From NCBI GenBank assembly GCA_963823665.1, contig CAWGMQ010000012.1, forward strand, positions 32,001-96,000: a stretch of DNA of 64,000 nucleotides, given 5' to 3'. Within the stretch, counting starts at the first letter, position 1, and every line of letters starts with the position of its first letter. A program made the translations under genes and the position numbers. Origin of the DNA: an uncultured Planctomycetota bacterium. Lineage in GTDB: Bacteria; Planctomycetota; Planctomycetia; Isosphaerales; Isosphaeraceae. Under the pieces are notes generated by a model. That model saw only the letters and a list, made by a program, of their open reading frames with translations. It was not told where the DNA came from and did not search any database. This document shows positions 9,931 to 21,170 of this stretch, in pieces.

Positions 9931-12297
9931 CTACTTGATCGGCGCGATCTTCACAGCGAGGGGAGTCGTCGGAACCGGGTAGTCCTTCTTGTTAACCTGG
10001 AAGACCAGTGCGAGCTGCGTGTTGGCGGATGTGGGTGCGGCTTTGGGCTCGGCAGCGACTTTCAAGGCGAAGACCGTCGCCGCGCCAGTGAGCGTGACCG
10101 GATTGGCCTTCACTCCGGCCGGCAGCCCATTGATCCGCACGGTCACCGGTCCGTCAAACGATCCCTTGCGGACGAGCTTTCCTTTGAGCTCGATCGTCGA
10201 GCCCGGCTTGACCTCGACGCCGGCAGAGGCCAGCTCGACCGAGACCGGATGGACGACGTTAAGGGTCACGACGGGCACAGAGATGGTTCGGTCCGCACCG
10301 CCGAGTTTGCTCTTGGCTTCTAGCGCTAGCGTCATGCTCCCAATCGAAGTCTCCAGTGGAGCGTTCACCGTCACGCTTCCCTCGACACCCTTGGCGGCGA
10401 TCGTTGCATTGGCGACGGTCACTCCGGGAGGCAAGCTCAAGCCGGAGATCGCGATCGCCGCATCAGCGCCCTTGCTGCGAGCGACCTTGACCGGGATCTT
10501 CGCGCTGAAACCATGGGCGACTTCGATCGGATCCGAAGGGGTGTCGAGCACCACAGGTGTGGGACGGGCGGGTGCGATGACGAGCCCGTGCTGGGTGAGC
10601 GTTCCGGCCGGCGGAGTGGCCGCGGGGGTGAACACCACCAACCGTGACGCGAGCCGTTCAAACGGGCCGTCTGTCCGCTGGCCCCGCCCGATCAGTCGGA
10701 TCGGAGCGGCCGGAAACTTGGCGTCGGCGCTCGCCGCGAGCGTGATCACCCCGGTCGTCTGGCCGGCTGCGATGCTTCCCGGCCGAACCATGAGACCAGC
10801 GGGCGGCTCGGCGACGGTCAAGGTGATCGGCCCGCTGTAGCCCTTGCGCCGAACCGTCGCTAAGGCGGTCGCGAAGCCACCGCGCGGGACGCTCACCTGG
10901 GGCTCGCTCATGAGGAGCTCGAAATCGGGCAGGATCGGCTCGACCACGATCCGGTAGGGGAAGCCCACTCCTCCTCGCCGTTCGAGGTCGCGAATTAGCA
11001 GCGTGATCTCGGTGGTACCGCCCGGAATCGTCAAGTCGATTGAAGGATCGGGGAAGACGATCGGCGGGGTCGGCTGACCATTTTTGGGGGGCTGGGGGAT
11101 CGTCGTATCATCGGCATTGGCCAGAACACTGCCTCCTTTGCCGAGGACCGAAACGACGGGGTCGAGATTCGAGCCGAGGTCCGCGGCCTGTACCGTGATC
11201 CGCAGCCGCTCGCCCGGCGTTACGACCACGGTAAACCGATCGTCGTCGCCCGGAGGATCGAGCCGGCCGTTGAACACGACCGGTGCAACGGCGCGGTCGG
11301 GCTGATCGGCGCGAGCGGCTGGCTCGCGCAGCTCGGGATAACGCGAGGCAACCAGGTTCGGGAGCGATTCCACGTCATAGTTTGGCTCACCAGTGCGAAC
11401 GCCGCCCAACATTCCGGTCGTGATCCGGGGCGGGAATAGCTCGGTGCCCGGCAGGGGGATCACGGACGTCGCGGCGATCTTCACGCCGGTGAGCGAGCCT
11501 CCCCGAAGCTCAACACCCAGCGTCTCGCCTGTTCTGCCTCCCAGTGGATAGACCTCCTCGGCCATCGGCAGATCGCCGATTACGAGTCGATAACCCGGCC
11601 GGCTCGCTCCCTGGTAGCGCGAGTCGGAGATTTCGACGACGTAATCGGTATCCTCGGGCAAGATAGCAACGAGCCGCGCGTCGGTCACGAGTCCAGGCGA
11701 GTCGTCGGCCGAAGCGATATAGGTCTGCGTGGCCGACGCCTTCGTCAAACGAATGGTCGGATCGATTGCCGAGCCGAGCCTAGCGCATTGCGCGTCGATT
11801 ATGATTTTTTGCCCCCGCTTGCCGTGAAATCGAAAGAAATCGACGTCGTTGGCGGCGACTTGACCCTCCACAACAAGCGGCGGGTTGGGAATCGGCTGGG
11901 CCGATTCAAAAACGCTGTTCTCTTCCTTCTCGCCGACCTGGGGCAGTTGACCGACCGCGAAAAGGAATGGGTTGGAGATCCCATCGTCGGTCTGAACCCG
12001 GATCGGATAAACGCCCACTGCGACGTCAGCCGCAATCGTCAACCTGGTCTTCCAATTGGCTGCGGTCTGGCCCGCCGGCGGCGATTCGATCTTGAACGGA
12101 AATGGTGCGATCAGCCGAGGATTTCCCGCAAGGTCCGAGCCGGTGATTGATAGCTCCGTGGCTACACCGCGCTGTGCGCCATAAGGCGCGATCTCGCCAA
12201 TCTTCGGAGGGGTTGCGAAACACTGGCTCGAGCACGCGGTCAAAGCGATTATTGCCAGCGCGAGCGCGGCTGGCATCGAGCGGCGGGAAAAATGCAT
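9931..12297 (-). CDS. secreted PPC (pre-peptidase C-terminal) domain protein, planctomycete type
   Basis: Intact 788-aa ORF with a signal peptide. Motifs: PYGAQRG, EKEENSVFESAQPI, DVDFFRF, RLGSAIDP, NGRLDPPGDDDRF, YRIVVEPILPDF. Confidence 0.8.
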   Translation of the reverse strand: MHFSRRSMPAALALAIIALTACSSQCFATPPKIGEIAPYGAQRGVATELSITGSDLAGNPRLIAPFPFKIESPPAGQTAANWKTRLTIAADVAVGVYPIRVQTDDGISNPFLFAVGQLPQVGEKEENSVFESAQPIPNPPLVVEGQVAANDVDFFRFHGKRGQKIIIDAQCARLGSAIDPTIRLTKASATQTYIASADDSPGLVTDARLVAILPEDTDYVVEISDSRYQGASRPGYRLVIGDLPMAEEVYPLGGRTGETLGVELRGGSLTGVKIAATSVIPLPGTELFPPRITTGMLGGVRTGEPNYDVESLPNLVASRYPELREPAARADQPDRAVAPVVFNGRLDPPGDDDRFTVVVTPGERLRITVQAADLGSNLDPVVSVLGKGGSVLANADDTTIPQPPKNGQPTPPIVFPDPSIDLTIPGGTTEITLLIRDLERRGGVGFPYRIVVEPILPDFELLMSEPQVSVPRGGFATALATVRRKGYSGPITLTVAEPPAGLMVRPGSIAAGQTTGVITLAASADAKFPAAPIRLIGRGQRTDGPFERLASRLVVFTPAATPPAGTLTQHGLVIAPARPTPVVLDTPSDPIEVAHGFSAKIPVKVARSKGADAAIAISGLSLPPGVTVANATIAAKGVEGSVTVNAPLETSIGSMTLALEAKSKLGGADRTISVPVVTLNVVHPVSVELASAGVEVKPGSTIELKGKLVRKGSFDGPVTVRINGLPAGVKANPVTLTGAATVFALKVAAEPKAAPTSANTQLALVFQVNKKDYPVPTTPLAVKIAPIK

Positions 12298-12445
12298 GGG
12301 AAAGCACTCACGGCGGGCATGAGGTCGTAGGCGGGGTGCCGTCTTGTTCTAACGTAAATTCAACGTCCCACGAACGCCGTGCTTTGTCAAGGATTTGAGC
12401 GAGCGGGACGGGCGGGCGCGCTCGACAGAGCGCGCATAAGAAAGC

Positions 12446-12832
12446 TCAGCGATGGGCCGCGGTTCGTTCCTTCCAAGCTGCCAACGCCGCTTCGAGCAGT
12501 TGCTTCAACCCAGGGTTTGCGACGTCGTCTACACTGCGGAGCTGCACATGGCGGTGAACCTTGCCGCTTCCCTGTAGCAACCCATGAGGATCCGGCAGCT
12601 CAGTGCCGCGCGCGATCCCAACTTTGACGCCAGTCTTGCTCATGAGCAGCGTGCAGATCGTGTCCTTGTATCCCGGTCCGTAACCGTAACCGAGGAGCCG
12701 CGCCGATCGATCGACCGTTTCGATCGCATTCGGCACTGTCTGCCCGACAAGCTGACGCGCTGCTCGCGCGATCTCTTTCACAGCCAGTGGATAGAGGGCC
12801 AGAAACGCGTGAACATCTGGTGGGATCGGCAT
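12446..12832 (-). CDS. DUF1801 (YdhG-like) family protein
   Basis: ARQLVGQTVPNAIETV...ICTL...GTELPDPHGLLQGSGKVHRHV. GAGGAG lies upstream of the ATG at 12832. Confidence 0.75.
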   Translation of the reverse strand: MPIPPDVHAFLALYPLAVKEIARAARQLVGQTVPNAIETVDRSARLLGYGYGPGYKDTICTLLMSKTGVKVGIARGTELPDPHGLLQGSGKVHRHVQLRSVDDVANPGLKQLLEAALAAWKERTAAHR

Positions 12833-12977
12833 TTTGCTTCTCCTCGTTGCCGCATCGGCGCATCGGCATATGACGCGCACCGATCCTGCCTTTTCAGCCC
12901 GGCGCGTCAGTGACGGGGGAGTTAAACCAGCCTCTTGCACCCCCGGCACCCTAGTATCGTCAGACGGCCCGCTCCCT

Positions 12978-13580
12978 TCAACTCCCCGCCACCTCTTTCC
13001 ATCGCTTGTCCCATTCCCACATTTGAAGCGCCTGTTCCGGCGTTAGCGGCGCGCCGAGTTGACTTGCCCAGTGGCAGATCTGGCCCCGGTGGTGGGCATC
13101 GTGGGTGATCGCGCCGCAGACGAGGGCGACGACATCCGGACGAAGGTCGGGCACGTGGCCACCGCCTTCGATCGAGTGTTTGATCAAGCGTACCATTGCG
13201 GCCGCGCTCGTCGCGAGCGCCTCCTTGGCGTCTTCGGGTGTGACCTCCGCGCGGTCGAGTCTGGCCGGCGGATTCTCGCTCCGGAGTGACATGGCAAGCC
13301 GCATGCAGCGCACGTTATGCATGTGGGCAAACGTCGTGGCGATGTTGCGTCGTTTGGAGCAAGGGGGCTGGGCGCGCCAGATCTTGGGGTCGAGAGCGGC
13401 GATCAGGACCTGGTTGATGCGCTCATTGGTCAGGTAAGCCTCGACCAAAGCACGTCCCAAGTTGACCGGCTCGCGCCGGTTTCGTGCCGCGGCGTTGCTC
13501 GGCGGCTTGAGCGGCAATTTCTTCGTCGACTTTACCGGGTCGGGAGATTTTTTGCCGTCTGTTGCGTTGCTCTTGGGCAT
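12978..13580 (-). CDS. DinB family protein
   Basis: His motifs FAHMHNVR and HDAHHRGQI, ending in MWEW. Confidence 0.8.
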   Translation of the reverse strand: MPKSNATDGKKSPDPVKSTKKLPLKPPSNAAARNRREPVNLGRALVEAYLTNERINQVLIAALDPKIWRAQPPCSKRRNIATTFAHMHNVRCMRLAMSLRSENPPARLDRAEVTPEDAKEALATSAAAMVRLIKHSIEGGGHVPDLRPDVVALVCGAITHDAHHRGQICHWASQLGAPLTPEQALQMWEWDKRWKEVAGS

Positions 13581-13670
13581 GTGCGATCTCCGCAAGTGGC
13601 CGACCTGACTTTGAATGTTTCCAGGTGAATGCAATAATCGAACGGTCTGAAGCCATTGCAGGAGACCACC

Positions 13671-13860
13671 ATGCCCGCGGCATCAGTGTCAACACCCTTG
13701 CTGACTGCCGAACATTTCGCCGAGCGGCCCGATTCGGGCTACCCCGAGGAGCTTGTCCGGGAATGGATCGTCGCCATGCCTCAGCCGAAGCCCCGTCACG
13801 GCGAGATTTGGAGCAAAGCCGATCGAATCCTCGGCGTCTATGTCGAGGAGCGGGACATCA
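13671..13860 (+). pseudogene. Uma2 family endonuclease, 3'-truncated
   Basis: MPAASVSTPLLTAEHFAERPDSGYPEELVREWIVAMPQPKPRHGEI resembles a Uma2 N-terminus. Similarity stops where the convergent gene's stop codon begins, and no PD-(D/E)XK core follows. Confidence 0.7.
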
Positions 13861-15225
13861 TCACTTCCTCAGAAACAGCCAGACGTAGCCATGCGGGGTA
13901 TCCTGGCCGTTGGCAATCGTTCCCGGGCCTGGAGGCTTGAGGTAGCGCTTCAGGCTCTGGATTATCGGTTCCATCTCGTCGGTGATCGCTTTGTTCTCGG
14001 GCCTCGCTTCGATCTCTGCCTGCTTTTTGCGAACTTTCGCCTGAACCTCGGCCGTGAGTTGCTCTTTAATGGGAATCGGCTCCCAGAACTTCAACATCTC
14101 CTCCTGGATCTTCCTGTTTCGTTCGGCTACGGTCGGCTCAAGCCGTTCCAGCCTAGAGCGGAGCTCGGCGACTTCCCCGCGCTCGGCTTTTGAGAGATTG
14201 GCGCGGGGCGAGATGTAGGTGCAAAAATCGCCGACAAGTAGGTCCAGTTTGCCATCGCGGTTGTAATCGGTTACGTCGATCTGGGAGCGAATGCCCGGCT
14301 TCGGCTCTTCTTCGGAGTCAAGAAACTCCGAATAGCCAATTCCCTTGTGCCGAGTGCACTAGCTCGACGGCCTCGGCCAATTCGGGGCGCCCAGCGTTTC
14401 CGACGTTTCGGAACCAGTAGACCGCCCCGGTGGCCGCGCCGGAGAGGATGTCCCAGCGTCCGTCGCCATCCCAGTCGGCAACCACCGGCGTACAATGGCC
14501 CTCCGGGATCTGGATCGGCTTGCCTCCGGCCGCGATCACGATGTTGCTCGTGGCGAACGCCGGCGCCCGACGCGTTCCTTCGTTGAGTCGTAAGTTCAGG
14601 CCGCCGACGTATGCCGCCGAAGAGGAGGTCGAGGTCTCCATCTCCGTCCCAGTCGACCATCGCCGGCCAGCTCCCGAACGACTCGACGCTAACCTCTTGA
14701 TCGGGCTTTCGCAGCACGGGCTTGCCCGACTTGTCCTTGATCGTCTCTCGGGCCTTGAACTTGCCCTTTCCCTCGCCGCGAAAGAGATAGATCTCGCCAG
14801 GGTCATACGAGCCGCTGATCAGGTCACGAGTGCCGTCGCCGTCGAGGTCCACAAACTGTGGACTGGAACCGATGCATCAGTAGATGGGCACTGTGGCGAC
14901 GACACCCCCAGCCATGAGCAACTCGCCCGCGGCGAACTTCGGCTCCAGGACCGTTCCAACGTTGCGATAGAGGCGGAACTCTCCGCTAAAATCGCCCACG
15001 AGCAGATCTCGCCGGCCGTCGCCATCCACATCGTGGAGGCACGGGCCCGGAGTGGGCCCACTGGGGGCCGGAATCGATGACCGCGCCGGCCGCCATGAGC
15101 CGGACGGGTTTCTGAAAGACCGAGTTGGGGGCATCGTCCTTCGTGGAGGTGGAGGATGGCGGCGCTTCCGCCCCGAACGCCGCAACCGCGGCCAGCGCCG
15201 CGATGGACCGGCAGAGCTTTTTCAT
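13861..15225 (-). CDS. exported FG-GAP/VCBS-repeat beta-propeller protein; probable selenoprotein (in-frame TGA at 14877-14879); also frameshifted
   Basis: Signal peptide MKKLCRSIAALAAVAAFG. Repeats: DVDGDGRRDLLVG, DLDGDGTRDLISG, DWDGDGDLDLL, DWDGDGRWDILSG, DYNRDGKLDLLVG. ORFs 14877..15185 and 14271..14852 are in the same frame across TGA (VPIY*CIGSSPQFVD). It ends HGYVWLFLRK*. Confidence 0.85.
14847..14863 (-). promoter_or_regulatory. putative bacterial SECIS element
   Basis: Minus strand reads TGA, 13 nt, then GTCCACA-GTT-TGTGGAC. This is a perfect 7-bp stem with a G-U-U apical loop starting at nt 21 after the TGA. Confidence 0.7.
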
Positions 15226-15321
15226 TCTGTCCTCCTGTGTGGTGTCGCTCAGCTCGGCTAGTCGGATTTGAACGGGCCGTGGAGTCGAAACTGCACCGAT
15301 GGACGATTAACCGTGCTGTGG

Positions 15322-16711
15322 TCAGCGGCTCCGTCTGGCCGTCTGTGCGCGCACCTTGTTCTTTTGGTGCTGCGCTACCAAGATCTCGAACAAGTCGTCC
15401 TTCTCGCCGCGCTGGGTCAGATCCTGGCCCGATTTCACGACACCAATATATCCCACGCACATCTCGTCCGTCACTTCGTAACCCCATTTGACAATCTTGG
15501 GTGGTCGGTGGGGATTGCGCGCGTGGTCCGAGTTGTCAAAGTGGGCCACCACAGATACGACTGAGCCCCTGGTCAGACGGATTGGTTCCTCGAAGGAGTA
15601 TGTGTTCTGCCAGGAAGGGTCCCAGTCAGCGATGTAGATCAGGTCCTGCCTGCGACCGCCGGGGTAGGTGACTGTCATGCGAAAATCGCGCCCGAGCTGG
15701 TGCATGTGGGGAGTGACAGCGAGGGCTTCGACGTCGACGGGGACGTACCAGGTTGCTTTGACCTCGACGTTCTTGTTGCCGGGCGAAAGCCGGAAGTCGG
15801 AATTCGTGACGTTAGCCCACTGGAGTGTCCGTTTGACCGGCTTACGAGCGAAGTGAAGCCCCACGCGGGTGCGGTCGACCTCGCGCTTGCCGTCGGGGTG
15901 GTAGTGGACTTGCAGGATCACGTCGGCCCCGCGGGGCAAAGAGCGGCCGATCCCATCAGGGAGGCGCCGGGCTCGTTGCCGGCGGCCCAGCCGCCCAGGT
16001 CGCCGGCGATCTCGACGCCCGCGCCCGCATATGAGGTATACCCCGGCCCCGGCTCGGCCGCGTCCCGCTGGCGGCCGTAGCCGTGGGTGTCGACGAACGC
16101 CATCATATGGTGCACGACGCGGCGATTGCCCGGATTGTATTCAATCGCGGAGATCAGCACGTCACGCGGAAGGTCCGTCGGGATCACAAAGCAGCGGTAG
16201 ACATCCGGGCCCGCGGCGGGGACGTTGAAGTCTTCCGCTAGCTCGATAACGAAGTCGGGCGCACCGAGCGCCCACCCCTCGCTAAACCGCGCCGGCGCGG
16301 GCATGTGCTTCGGTTCACCCCGCGGCGCACCCGCGCCCGCCCACGCCGTGAGCACGGTGATCTCGTCGTCGGTCATCGAACGGTCGTGCATGAGTTTGGG
16401 CCGACCCCAGACGTCGGCTTCCAGGGAGGCATCGACCGGTCGAGAGCCACCGCGGCAATATCCAACGAGCGCTTCCGAACTTGCTCGTACGTCTCCAACC
16501 CGAACGGGCCGATCTCACCGCGACGATGGCAACCCTGGCACCGCTTTTGAAGGATCGCCGCCACGTCCTTGGTAAACGTCGGCGTTCCGGCTTTTCGAGC
16601 CGGCTCTTCGCCCTGCGTCACGGAAGTGCCAAGCCAAAGGCCCCAGACGGCGAAGCCCAGACGCGCGAGGATTGACCACCCCACGGCAGCACCGATTTGT
16701 CGCAACCTCAT
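15322..16711 (-). CDS. cytochrome c + copper type II ascorbate-dependent (PHM-like) monooxygenase domain protein; frameshifted
   Basis: PTFTKDVAAILQKRCQGCH, MPPW, DVYRCFVIPT, RRVVHHM, LQVHYHPDG, PHMHQLG, WDPSWQ, FDNS, DEMC. Confidence 0.85.
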
Positions 16712-17028
16712 GCAGACGGGCCCTCAAAAGCGAAAAGAATGTGATCAAGAGGCTAACACAAACATCGCTAACAATCCAATTAATAATTCATCTATTTTCC
16801 TGTTTTCCAGAGTGGCGTTCATCACAGGTTCATGGCCCGCCTGTATACCCGGGCCCCCCTCGGCCGAGGCCCGTCGGTGGGTCACGGTGATCGCTTGAGC
16901 GTTCGCCCACGGCTCGTTCTTTTCCACGAAAGAATTCGTTCTCGTCTTGTCGCCGGAAGCCGCGCGGGAGACTGGATTGGTCATGCCTCACTCCTCGGAG
17001 TTCATTTCTCCATCCAGGGGGGTTACTC

Positions 17029-18203
17029 ATGCTTCGCTCGGTTCGCCCGCGCAGCGGGTTTACGCTCATCGAGCTCCTGGTGGTCATCGCCGTCATCGGA
17101 GTCTTGATCGGATTGCTGTTGCCGGCCGTCCAGTCGGCGAGAGAATCGGCAAGACGCACGCAGTGCGTCAACAACTTGAAACAACTGGGGCTGGCCGCGC
17201 AGAGTTACCTGACCTCAACCAATGTCTTGCCGGCACAGACTCTCGATAACGTCATGCTTCCCAATGGAACAGGGCCCGTGAATTGGTTCACGTCTTGGAC
17301 CGCGTGCCTTCTTCCCAATCTCGAACAGCGGCCGCTCTGGAACGCGATCAATTTCAACGTCCCCATGATGGAGCTGGCGCCGCCGATCTTGGGGGCCAAC
17401 ACGACAGTAGGCCTAACGACGCTCTCGACGTTGCTTTGCCCTTCCGAGAGCGTCGGCAAGGCATTGAGCTTTTCGCTTTCGTCCGGCGCGGGCACGAGCG
17501 GTTACACGGCTCAATTCGCCGTGTCCAACTACGCCGGCAACTATGGCGGACCGCCCATGATCCGCTCGTGCAACGGCGCAATCGTCCCGGTCGGCAACAA
17601 GACGCTCGTCTTCAACCTGATGACGGCGGCGAAATTGACCCCACCGGCGGTGCCAGCCGTGCGCATCCAGATGATCACCGACGGAGCCGCCAACACCGCA
17701 CTTTTCAGCGAGCACTTGCTGTCGACGACTGCTCCCTATACGGCCGGCGACGCGAGCGTCTCGCCCGGGCGCAGAATGCCCGGCGCGGGCTTTATCAGGT
17801 GCCCATCACGGTAACCTTGGATCAGGCAAGCACGGCGAATGCGCAAGCGTTCGTTAGCGCATGCGAGGGCTTACCGGCGGGCACCCCCGCGCTTGCCGGC
17901 ATCGGTTTCGGCGCCCAATGGCTCATGAGCCTCGACTACGCCACGGCCAACAACGCCTACAGCCATGTGATGGCACCTAACACCATCTCCTGCACGGGAT
18001 CGAACGACCCGACGGGTTATTACTCCAGCGACAACGGAGGTTTCGGCGCCGCGATCACCGCGACCAGCAACCATCCCGGCGGCGTGAACGTCGGCTTTTG
18101 CGACGGCTCGGTAAAATTCATCAAGAATTCCACGGCCCTCGCAACGTGGTGGGCGCTGGGAACGCGCAGCGGACATGAGATCATCAGCGCCGACACCTAT
18201 TGA
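17029..18203 (+). CDS. DUF1559 prepilin-type N-terminal cleavage/methylation protein with H-X9-DG C-terminal motif; frameshifted near 17770
   Basis: [55 protein letters not shown] and [19 protein letters not shown]. Confidence 0.92.
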
Positions 18204-19509
18204 GCAGGTTTGGCTGGAACGCGGCACTCGCACACGGCACTCCAGACACGAGTCACCGAAGGCCAGGTGGGATCGGTGGACAGGAGTTTCGAGAGAGCGC
18301 AGAGACTTCAAAGGGCGAAAGGACCACCGCACACGCCTGCCTTCTGAAGTTTGTTACTGAGGCGGATCCACAGCACAATTCTGGTCTTCTCGGTGTCGTC
18401 AGCGCGGCGTGGTTTCAGCGCGGTTTTCCGCTGGTCGAGTCTGTCGGCGTGCCACGGCTAAGGCCTGTGATCGGCGTTCTCGACCGCTCCACCACTCTGC
18501 AAGGTTTTTCACACGCATGGCATTTCGGTCTCGGCCGGTACCGCGTGTTGAATCGTAGGGCTCCATGTTATGACGGATGTCGTCGAACTCCCTGGCATCA
18601 ATGTACCAGTTAAGCGTTTCGACGTTTTGCCGATCTTGGCCTGATTGCACGGTGTCGCAAGTGAAGATGGCAGAGCGGAAAAACTCTTCGTCGCCTGTTA
18701 TATTGCTGAACATCGCCTGGAGTCCCAGAATCTGTTCATCATTTCGGAAATACATCGACGAGTCGCGTGCCGTGGCGACGCCTTCAAACGGAATAAACAC
18801 GGACTTCACGCCGTCGGCCGCCAGGAAGATCAACCGGGGAAGGAAATGGGCCGCTTGCTCGATCCTGGGCTCGAGTTCATTGGTCGCTCCGTCGGCCGAG
18901 GAGAACTCCTGAATGTCCGTGTCCAGGGTCTTGAGCCGCCTTTCGTTGGGGAAGGCGGCGAATCTGGATTAGCAGCACCCCCGCCGTGTTCTTCTTGATC
19001 CAGAGGCGGTGGCTCGCAATCCAGGCGGCGGCGAGGTTCACTCCGTAGTTATCGTAGTAGCCGGCGTCGACGACGTGGCGAGGCGGTTCCGTCGGCAGGG
19101 TAACCGACGAGGTGATGTAAGGAAACGTCGCACTCATTCGCACGGCGCTCGCCAGCCGCAGATTTTTCCGACTCTCCTCCCCCAACATTTCGAACAGCTC
19201 GACGGCCGAGACCGAGGCGAGGCCCGGGTACTCCAGGTCGTAGTCGGTGGGCGATCCCTGGCTACCCGTCGTCTGCTTTTCGTTCGTGAACTGGTCGCGC
19301 AGGCCGGCGACATCATCTCCAAGCAGGGCGGTACCCAGATTGACCGCGAGGTCGTTGAGCGGTTGATTGCCGATCAGCAACCGGCGGCCATCCTCGACGA
19401 GCATCGGCGAAAAGACGATCGAGGGGATCAGTCCCTCTTGCTCGTTTTGCCTGATCTGGGCGAAGGTGTGAGCGATCCCGCGGTCGAATTCGATCCAGGC
19501 GTCCTCTAA

Positions 19510-21170
19510 GTTCGGGTTTCGCATTTTTAGGATCAGTCGTATTCAGGAACGTCGATGGTTCTCTTCGCGTCCCCGATCCGTTAGCGTCGTGCGCGTTCGA
19601 CTCGCGCCTGGTGATTTGATGTCGGCTTCCTCGCACGGAATTGGCATGCTGTCTGGGTCCAAACCGGACAACTTTCCCGGCAAGGAAGCCGACCCATGGA
19701 ACTTACACCCTCGTTCGTCCACTTGCTACAGCACTTTCACGCCGTCTTCACCGTCCGACCTTCCAGACCTTCGTGTCGATCGTCACGGGGTGGATCCTCT
19801 CCCATCGCCACCGCTATATCACCGAGGTCATCTTCTCCTGCGGCAAGGTCGGCAACGGCCATTGGTGCCGGTTCCATCGCTTCTTCAGCCACGCCGCCTG
19901 GGACCTCGACACGTTCTCCATGCACCTCGCCAAGCTCGTCGCCACCATTCTCGCTCCAGGCGCCACTCTCTCCTGGGCCGTCGACGACACGCTCTGTCGC
20001 AAACGCGGACTGACCCTCTACGGCGCCGGCATGCATTACGATCCCCTCATCTCCAGCCGCGCCAAATCCCTGGTCAGTTGGGGACACGACTGGGTCGTTC
20101 TCTGCTTGATCATCGTCCATCCCTTCTGGGCCCCCACCAAGGTCTTTGCCTTACCCGTCGCCTTCCGCCTCTACCGCAACCGCCAAGGTCTGACCAAGGG
20201 GAAAAAGAACCGGGGAAAGTCGACCAAGCCCAAGGACGATCCGAATCATCGCACGCGACCGGAATTAGCTCTTGAACTGATCAAGTTGGTCGCCGAGTGG
20301 TTTCCCAACGATGAGATCGTCGTCACCGGCGACAGCGCCTACGGCGGCCAGAGTATCTTGTCTATCTGCCGCCCAACGTTCACCTCATCAGCCATGTCCA
20401 TCCCAAAGGGGTGCTCTACGAGCCGCCCCTCCCAAGACGGAAAAGACCAAAGGGCGCCGCAAGAAAGGAAAACGCTTGCCCGGCATGAAGGAGTGGGCCG
20501 AAGATCCGAACCAACCCTGGACGAACCTCGACTTCAACCAGTTTGGGCTCCATGCCACGCTGGCGGTCAAGACGATCCAGGCCCTCTACTACACGGCTGG
20601 GAGTGACCGACTCCTGACCATCGTCTTGGTGCGCGACCTGGAGGGGAAACGACCCGAGCAGATGTTCTACTGCACCAAGCTCGATTGGACCGCCAGGCAA
20701 ATCCTCTCGACCTACGCCTGCCGTTGGGCCATCGAATGCACCTTTGAAAATTGCAAGCAACTCTTGGGTTTGGAGGATCCCGCCAATCGTCTTCCCAAGG
20801 CAGTGGAACGAACCGCACCGATGGCGCTGATCCTCTACAGCTTGGTGGTCGTTTGGTTCCACCAGACGGGTCACAGTTTCCTCGCTTTCCCTTCCGCCCC
20901 TGGTACCCCAGGAAGGAAGAGCCGTCCTTCGCCGACATGTTGACGACCCTGAGGCGGGTCAGCTACGAGGAGAAAACCGAGAGACTGCTTCCAAAACCGT
21001 CCCGTCTGAAAACCTGGGTCGCCCAGCTCACCGAGCTTCTCAGCCGCGCGGGCTGAGCGCGCACCGGCCTGCGTTTCTTGCCTCAGGTCGATCGTCTGGA
21101 TGGAATCGCCGGAGGGATTTTCACTCCCCGGGCCGCTCGCGAACTGCTTCAGAAAATGCGAAAGTCGAAC
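19510..21170 (+). mobile_element. IS701-like insertion sequence (DDE_5-type transposase), 1,661 bp
   Basis: The left end GTTCGGGTTTCGCATTTTTAGGATCAGT matches the reverse-complemented right end GTTCGACTTTCGCATTTTCTGAAGCAGT at 22/28 positions. TAA is duplicated on both flanks (19507-19509 and 21171-21173); the duplication could equally be read as CTAAG. Confidence 0.9.
19696..21056 (+). CDS. IS701-like DDE transposase; frameshifted
   Basis: FHRFFSHAAWD, AVDDTLCRKRG..GAGMHYDPL..WGHDWV, VVTGDSAYG, YACRWAIECTFENCKQLLG, WYPRKEEPSFADML. Confidence 0.88.

Noticed and set aside
16745..16822. Small hydrophobic ORF MNATLENRKIDELLIGLLAMFVLAS upstream of the monooxygenase gene
   Set aside because: It has AT-rich codons and no clear SD, and lies in a divergent promoter region, so it is more likely non-coding.
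19696..21056. Programmed ribosomal frameshifting in the transposase
   Set aside because: There are at least three shifts with no obvious slippery heptamer at the shift points, the same pattern as contig-wide indel errors.
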